A model generated the notes under the pieces. That model saw only the letters and a list, made by a program, of their open reading frames with translations, did no database searches and was not told where the DNA came from. A DNA stretch of 64,000 bases from the human T2T-CHM13v2.0 reference genome, Homo sapiens. The translations under genes were made by a program, and so were the position numbers. Each line of letters opens with the position of its first letter. Position 1 is the first letter of the stretch. Of the stretch, positions 58,430 to 64,000 are shown in pieces. Location: NCBI RefSeq assembly GCF_009914755.1, contig NC_060926.1. The stretch is one strand, 5' to 3'.

Positions 58430-58710
58430 ATGAAAAGAACTGACATAGAAACAGTCACTGAACAATATTCTTCATAACACAGTGGATTACCGATTACTTA
58501 GGACATGCCCATATAAAAAGAAAAACACTGCCTTCTTATTGACTAAATACTGCCCAAACTTATCCTAGACCTCTCACAAAATGAATATTGACATGACTTC
58601 TAGGATAACTGGATACCAAAGACAATGGTGCCATTAAGTTTTCTGATTCTTTGGTACTACCTCATTAATTGATCAGTTCTCACCTAGAGACCCATTCCCA
58701 AGAAATGTAA
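58430..58710 (+). pseudogene. Possible decayed intronless S100-family (S100A8-like) retrocopy
   Basis: Frame-shifted segments TDIE/SLNNIL, GHA, LLTKYCP, LDTKDNGAIKFSDSLVL and SSHLETHSQE* are collinear with S100A8 motifs. ATG-to-TAA span is 281 nt. Confidence 0.35.
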
Positions 58711-60456
58711 TTTTCAATTCAAGAAACAGTTCTTCTGTGAGACAAATTGTCTTCGTGGTGAGTAAATGTGTGTATTGATTTTGACATCATGAACATGATG
58801 GTGATGATATTGATGGCATTCTCAGAAACATAACCCAGGTCCAAAAAGTTAACTGCAGAGTCATATTTATTTTAGTTCGGCTTTGGGTCAAGAAGGGCAT
58901 ACATTGAAAATGACATTGTGGGTCATTTGCAATCCTGAGGGTTTGGTGCTGTTAAGAAAAACAAGACAACCCTAAATGGTGGTCAAAGGCTCCCTGACTG
59001 GTTCCTCTCTGCACCTGCTCCTCACTGGACCTCTGCCTTGGGTGGGCTCTAAGCACCTCCTTCTGGTCATCTGCTACCTGTGCACCCAAGTAAAGAAGGC
59101 ATGGGGGAATCTGCTTCTGAAACGTTTACTTGTACATCTGGCCCCCAGCAAGCAGCTCAGCCAGGACTGGGAGCTGCGCCTTGGATCTCCCCCATGTGAT
59201 CTCACCTTGTGCGCTGTGCTTCCTTGCAGCAAGGTGACAAGGTCAGCTGAGTGGCCTCCCTTCACAGATATTACTGGAAACAATTTTTAGCAAATCTAGT
59301 TGTAGTTTGACAATAGGATTCAGCAATCATGCTCATAGGAAGGTGCCTGACTGAGTTATATCCACACAAAAAAACTGTGCGTGGGCATTCATTTACATTT
59401 CCCAAGACCTGGAAACTTTTAAAATTAATTCTCATTAGTTCAGCCATTCTCAGATTTTAATCAGAAAACTAAACAATAACATTTTCTTTAACCAAACTTA
59501 CAACTGACTAAGATGAGAAAATGGGGTCAGAAAAATCAAGACTGAGTTCTTACCTGCAGTCTAATGGTGGTAAGTTACATAATGGAGCTATGGTGAGATA
59601 AGCTACTAGGTGCTCTAATTCTTAACCTCTCAATTACAGCCAACCAGCAACGCCTGTTAGCGAGGCATCTAAAGATCCCCCAACATGGGAAAACTCTCTG
59701 ACTCCATAAAACTACACTGGGAATCTCTCCAGGCTCTAAGGTGTGCAGGAGCAGCTCCTATCCCAGGTTATGCAGTCAGACTAATCTCTGCTCTTTTCCT
59801 GGGAAAACAAGTGATGGTTAGGATAGGCAGAAGACATGCTCTACTCGAAGTCTCTGCACAAAGAGAAAAATCAACAAAAGTAGGAAACGCATTTTCCCGA
59901 CACACTGAACAACATCTGTGAAAAACGCAACTCTGTGCCATGATGTCTTGCAAAATTAAGACACAATGCAATTGGAGTAAATGTGAAAATCACAATTGTT
60001 TGCAGACTGCACATTTGTTCATATAGCTTCCAATAAAATAACATCAAAGCCAGTGTTCTCCATAAGAACTCAGAAACAGTGAGCATTTCAGAAGGCATTT
60101 TCCTCCCACCTTCTACAGGCAACACAATGCGCATGGATCAGGTGCCCACCTGCTGCTTTCTGATGTCCATGGCGTGGCTTGTGCTGAAGCCCACATTATG
60201 TGGTCAACTTGAATGAAAGGACTGACTGCAGTGATTCTGAGTCAGAGCCATTGCTGGGAGTCATGGAGGTCCCCTGCGGGGTAACATTGACTTGCAGAAG
60301 ACTCAATTATGTTCTGCACCTTATTTTCACAGCACAGAAATATAGGAAAGTTCTACCCAGTCCTGCCTCCCTCTCTCCTTCACTCAAGGACACACTTCCC
60401 TCATATGCCTTCAGCTTCCACAGCTTCATTTCACCCTTGTGCATTTTCCCTCAAAA

Positions 60457-60668
60457 AGGACCCCCTAGGCTGTACCAAGCCTCCCCCAGACTCCACCAGC
60501 TGCACCTCACACTGGACACCTCCAAACACAGAGAAACCCTGGTGGGAAACTGCCTCATATATCCACTCTTTCTCCCACTCACGTCCACTCACACTCAAAA
60601 TTTCTAGTTCTCCATAAATCACCTTTTATAACAGCAACAAGAAAAACCCAGCTCAGCCCAAACTCCAT
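60457..60668 (-). pseudogene. IGHV3: 3'-truncated IGHV3 gene (intact leader, intron and first 17 FR1 codons)
   Basis: Leader 60623-60668 [15 protein letters not shown] with GT/AG intact. Exon from 60519 [21 protein letters not shown], then unrelated sequence. Upstream flank is paralogous to that of the V3 at 36.8 kb. Confidence 0.92.
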
Positions 60669-61016
60669 GGTGAGTTCCCTGTCTGATCACCGAATGGAAA
60701 CACCTGGAAATCTCAGGGCTGAGGCTCCTTTCCCAGAGCTGCAGGTTCAGGGCTCGGCTGTTTTTCAACGGCAAAGGGAGGGCCCTAGTTGCCTGTCTCC
60801 TACTATGTAGGGAGTTCTGGAAGGGATGCCTCAGAGTGGGCTGTGTCCCAGAGTGGATGTGAATGATTATACTTCATAAATAATTAATTCTCATTAGCAT
60901 TTCTACTTATAGATGCACATGAAGTGTGTTCCGTGGGAGTCAAATTTTCCTTTATTTACAGATGCGAACGTAAACCCCCAAGCATGGAGGGACGAATGTG
61001 TCTAAGAGCTCACATC

Positions 61017-61311
<295 letters not shown>

Positions 61312-62660
61312 TCACATCTGGTAAGAGCCAGTCTCAGTGTCTGGCCTGTGTTTCTCACGACTGGATCTGACTGCTCCCTAAATTAACTCTAGGACTGAGC
61401 TAGAAATTCCGTGTAAGGTTTACAAAACCCTTTTCTTATAATGATATCATGATATTATTTGACTGTATCTTAGTGTTTTTCTAAATAATGTAGAAAAATT
61501 GACGATTAATTGACGTGTGTATTCAGAAGTCTATGACTTTTCTTTTATTAGTTTTATCTCTCTCTTAATCTTTTTCTACCAAATGATACACTTTTATTTG
61601 TAATCGTGACAAATAACAATATTCACATAATATCTCAATTTGACAAATATTGGCATAATCATTACCACTCACAAAGAAAACAAATCAATTAGCCTCACAA
61701 TTTTCTCTTTTTCTCCTACAATATCCCTTCCTACATCTTCCCTCCTCTTACCAGGTAGAAGTCAGTTAGGGATCTTTGTTATGTAACTTGCAATGAGTGT
61801 TCACTTTGTACAGTTTATAAAATGAAATCATATGTATGTGCTTTGGCTTATCATACTCAGCATAAGTACTTATGAATTTAACCATGCCCTTGAGCGTATC
61901 CAACATTAATTGATTGTTGTAGTGGTACTATTCCAGTAAGTGACTTTTCCACAATTTGTTTACTGATAAAGCTGCTGATTAATATTTGGATTGTTTTCAG
62001 TTTCTGTGTATTTCCCATAAAGCTGCTGCTCAGCTTAGACAAGTACACAGTTGAGAAACATGTTCTTAATCTTACGACAACATGAACAACAGCTAAACTG
62101 GTCAAGTTGCAAATGAATAAATTTTCTTTAATATATCAGGTAATTAAAGTTACAGCACCCGGTGTGTTTGTCAGTGTATGTGAGAGAAAGAAAGAGGGAG
62201 GAAAGGAGGCTGGGAAAGAAAGAGAGAGGAAAGGAGGCTGGAAAAGAAAGTGACTCTACGTAATTATTAATTTATGAAATCTTCAAGTACAGGGACTTAT
62301 TCCTAATGAATGGGGTCCACATAAGTTGATGAGGGTAACTTGATGTGCCCCCATATGGCTATAGATTTATAGTATAAATATTATTTTCTAAACACATAAA
62401 CACTCATATTCATTAGAATAGATGTAGTGGAGGGAGTCTATTGGTGCAATGAGAAGGTGACACAAAACCCTATCTCCAGTGCCTTTCTCTGCTTCCTACA
62501 CCTGCCCTGATGCTGAGCCTTGAGCCTGCCTGATCACTGAGCCCCACAATGGTCCTGAGCCCCCATGTGGTGCCAAGTGCTCCCTGGGTTTCCCTGCTGG
62601 TTCCTGAGTGCCTGCTTCTGTCCTCAGCACCCCCTGCTGTCCTGTGAACCCCCATAGGGA

Positions 62661-63290
62661 GATGTGTGTCTGGGCTCACACTGATGTCCCCTTACTGTGT
62701 CTTCTGCTTAAAAACGCATGGTTGTGGCTGGGCAAGGTGGCTCACACCTGTAATCCCAGCACTTTGGGAGGCCGAGGCAGGCGGATCACCAAGGTCAGGA
62801 GTTCGAGACCAGCCTGGCCAACATGGTGAAACCCCGTCTCTACTAAAAATACCAAAAATTAGCTAGGCATAGTGGCGGGCACCTGTAATCCCAGCTACTC
62901 AGGAGGCTGAGACAGGAGAATCACTGGAATCTGGGAGGCGGATGTGTCATTGAGCCAAGATGGCGCCATTGCACTCCAACCTGGGCAACAAGAGTGAAAC
63001 CGCTTCTCAAAATAAAATAAAATTAAAATAAAATAAGTAAATAAATAAAATTTAAAAAATAAAAAAATACATGAAATACATGGTTGTGTGCTTGTTGCTC
63101 AGGTAGCTCGGCCGCAGGAAGAATTGTTTTTTGGACACAGATCTGGAGGTGGTGACTGGACTCTTGAGGAGTGGGTTGGAATTTGCGCTCCCTTCGTGAC
63201 CTGTGCAGCTGACCCACTCCAGTCCCTCCCTTGGGGGCTGATGGATGAAGCTCCAGCAGGAAGTGCTGGTTGTGATGGGGAATCCAGCAT
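62661..63290 (-). pseudogene. IGHV clan II pseudogene with degenerate 23-RSS, Alu-interrupted FR3, 5'-truncated
   Basis: GGATTCCCCATCACAACCAGC...CAGCCCCCAAGGGAGGGACTGGAGTGG...AACCCACTCCTCAAGAGTCCAGTCACC. Heptamer CACAGTA at 62693-62699, nonamer ACACACATC at 62661-62669. Confidence 0.88.
62726..63070 (+). mobile_element. AluS inserted in V FR3
   Basis: Full Alu; TSD aaa(cg/ta)catggttgt at 62712-62725 and 63074-63087. Confidence 0.93.
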
Positions 63291-64000
63291 TTAAACAGAA
63301 ATGTTATTGTTGTTGATTCACTAAACAAAATGTGGTACTCATTTTTATTTTGTCGAAATACACAAAATTTAAAATTTACCATTTTAGCCCTCGTTAAGCG
63401 TACATACGGGTCAGTGATACTTTACACATTCGCAATGCTGTGCAACCATCACCACTATTTGGTTTGGGAACATTTTCATCACCGAAAAGGAAACCTCACC
63501 CCCATTGAGTGGTCACTCTCCATTTCCCCTCCACTGACCTCCTGAGATCTGTCTCTAGGGGTTTTCCTGCTCTGCATGCTACATGTCAACGGGACAATTC
63601 TGGATGTGGACTTCCGTGTGTCCCTCAGTTCACTCACCCAGTGTTTTCAAGGCTCATCCAAGTTGCAGCCTATGTCAGTGCTTCACTCCTCTTTAAAGCT
63701 GGGTTACAGACACACAGACGCACCGCAGCGCCTTCATCCCTGTGGCAGTTGATGGGTACTTGAGTTGTATTCTCCATTTGGCTACTGTGAGTGGTGACAC
63801 TGGGTACACTTGTGTATGAGGTTTTCTGTGAAGACCATTTTCCAAAGTTGTTGTACCAGTTCAATACCAACCTGCAACCTATGACCATTCCAAATTCAAT
63901 GTCTTTACCTACAAGTGATTATGTTTTTCTATTTAGTTTTGAATACTGGTTATCTTAGTGTGTGTAAGGCAGTAATTTACCGGGATCTTAAATCAGCAAC

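Overview
Primate (human or great-ape-like) genomic DNA with no intact protein-coding gene. The window reads as a pericentromeric-type segmental-duplication mosaic of five blocks. (1) ~1-8 kb: old-repeat DNA with an RPS24 processed pseudogene. (2) ~8.6-20 kb: Alu-dense block carrying GTF2I/GTF2IRD2-derived exons (two copies of the first coding exon with expanded 18-nt repeats, plus one internal exon in scrambled order). (3) ~22-31 kb: PARG-derived block with two consecutive exons. (4) ~31-36.4 kb: old L1, a 1.2-kb pyrimidine/purine-skewed repeat, and a palindromic CCAAT/TATA element (REP522-like). (5) 36.4-64 kb: a displaced (orphon) immunoglobulin heavy-chain V cluster with 6-8 minus-strand V pseudogenes or relics. 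The most notable observations are: the IGH block ends almost exactly at the coding end of a V gene whose RSS is missing; a perfectly symmetric bidirectional-promoter-like palindrome sits at that junction; all PARG/GTF2I exons to its left are co-oriented with mostly intact splice sites, suggesting a mosaic transcript; and there is a possible decayed S100-family retrocopy. Family and gene assignments come from recalled sequences, not database searches. Repeat boundaries are approximate. Species and chromosome cannot be fixed from the sequence alone.
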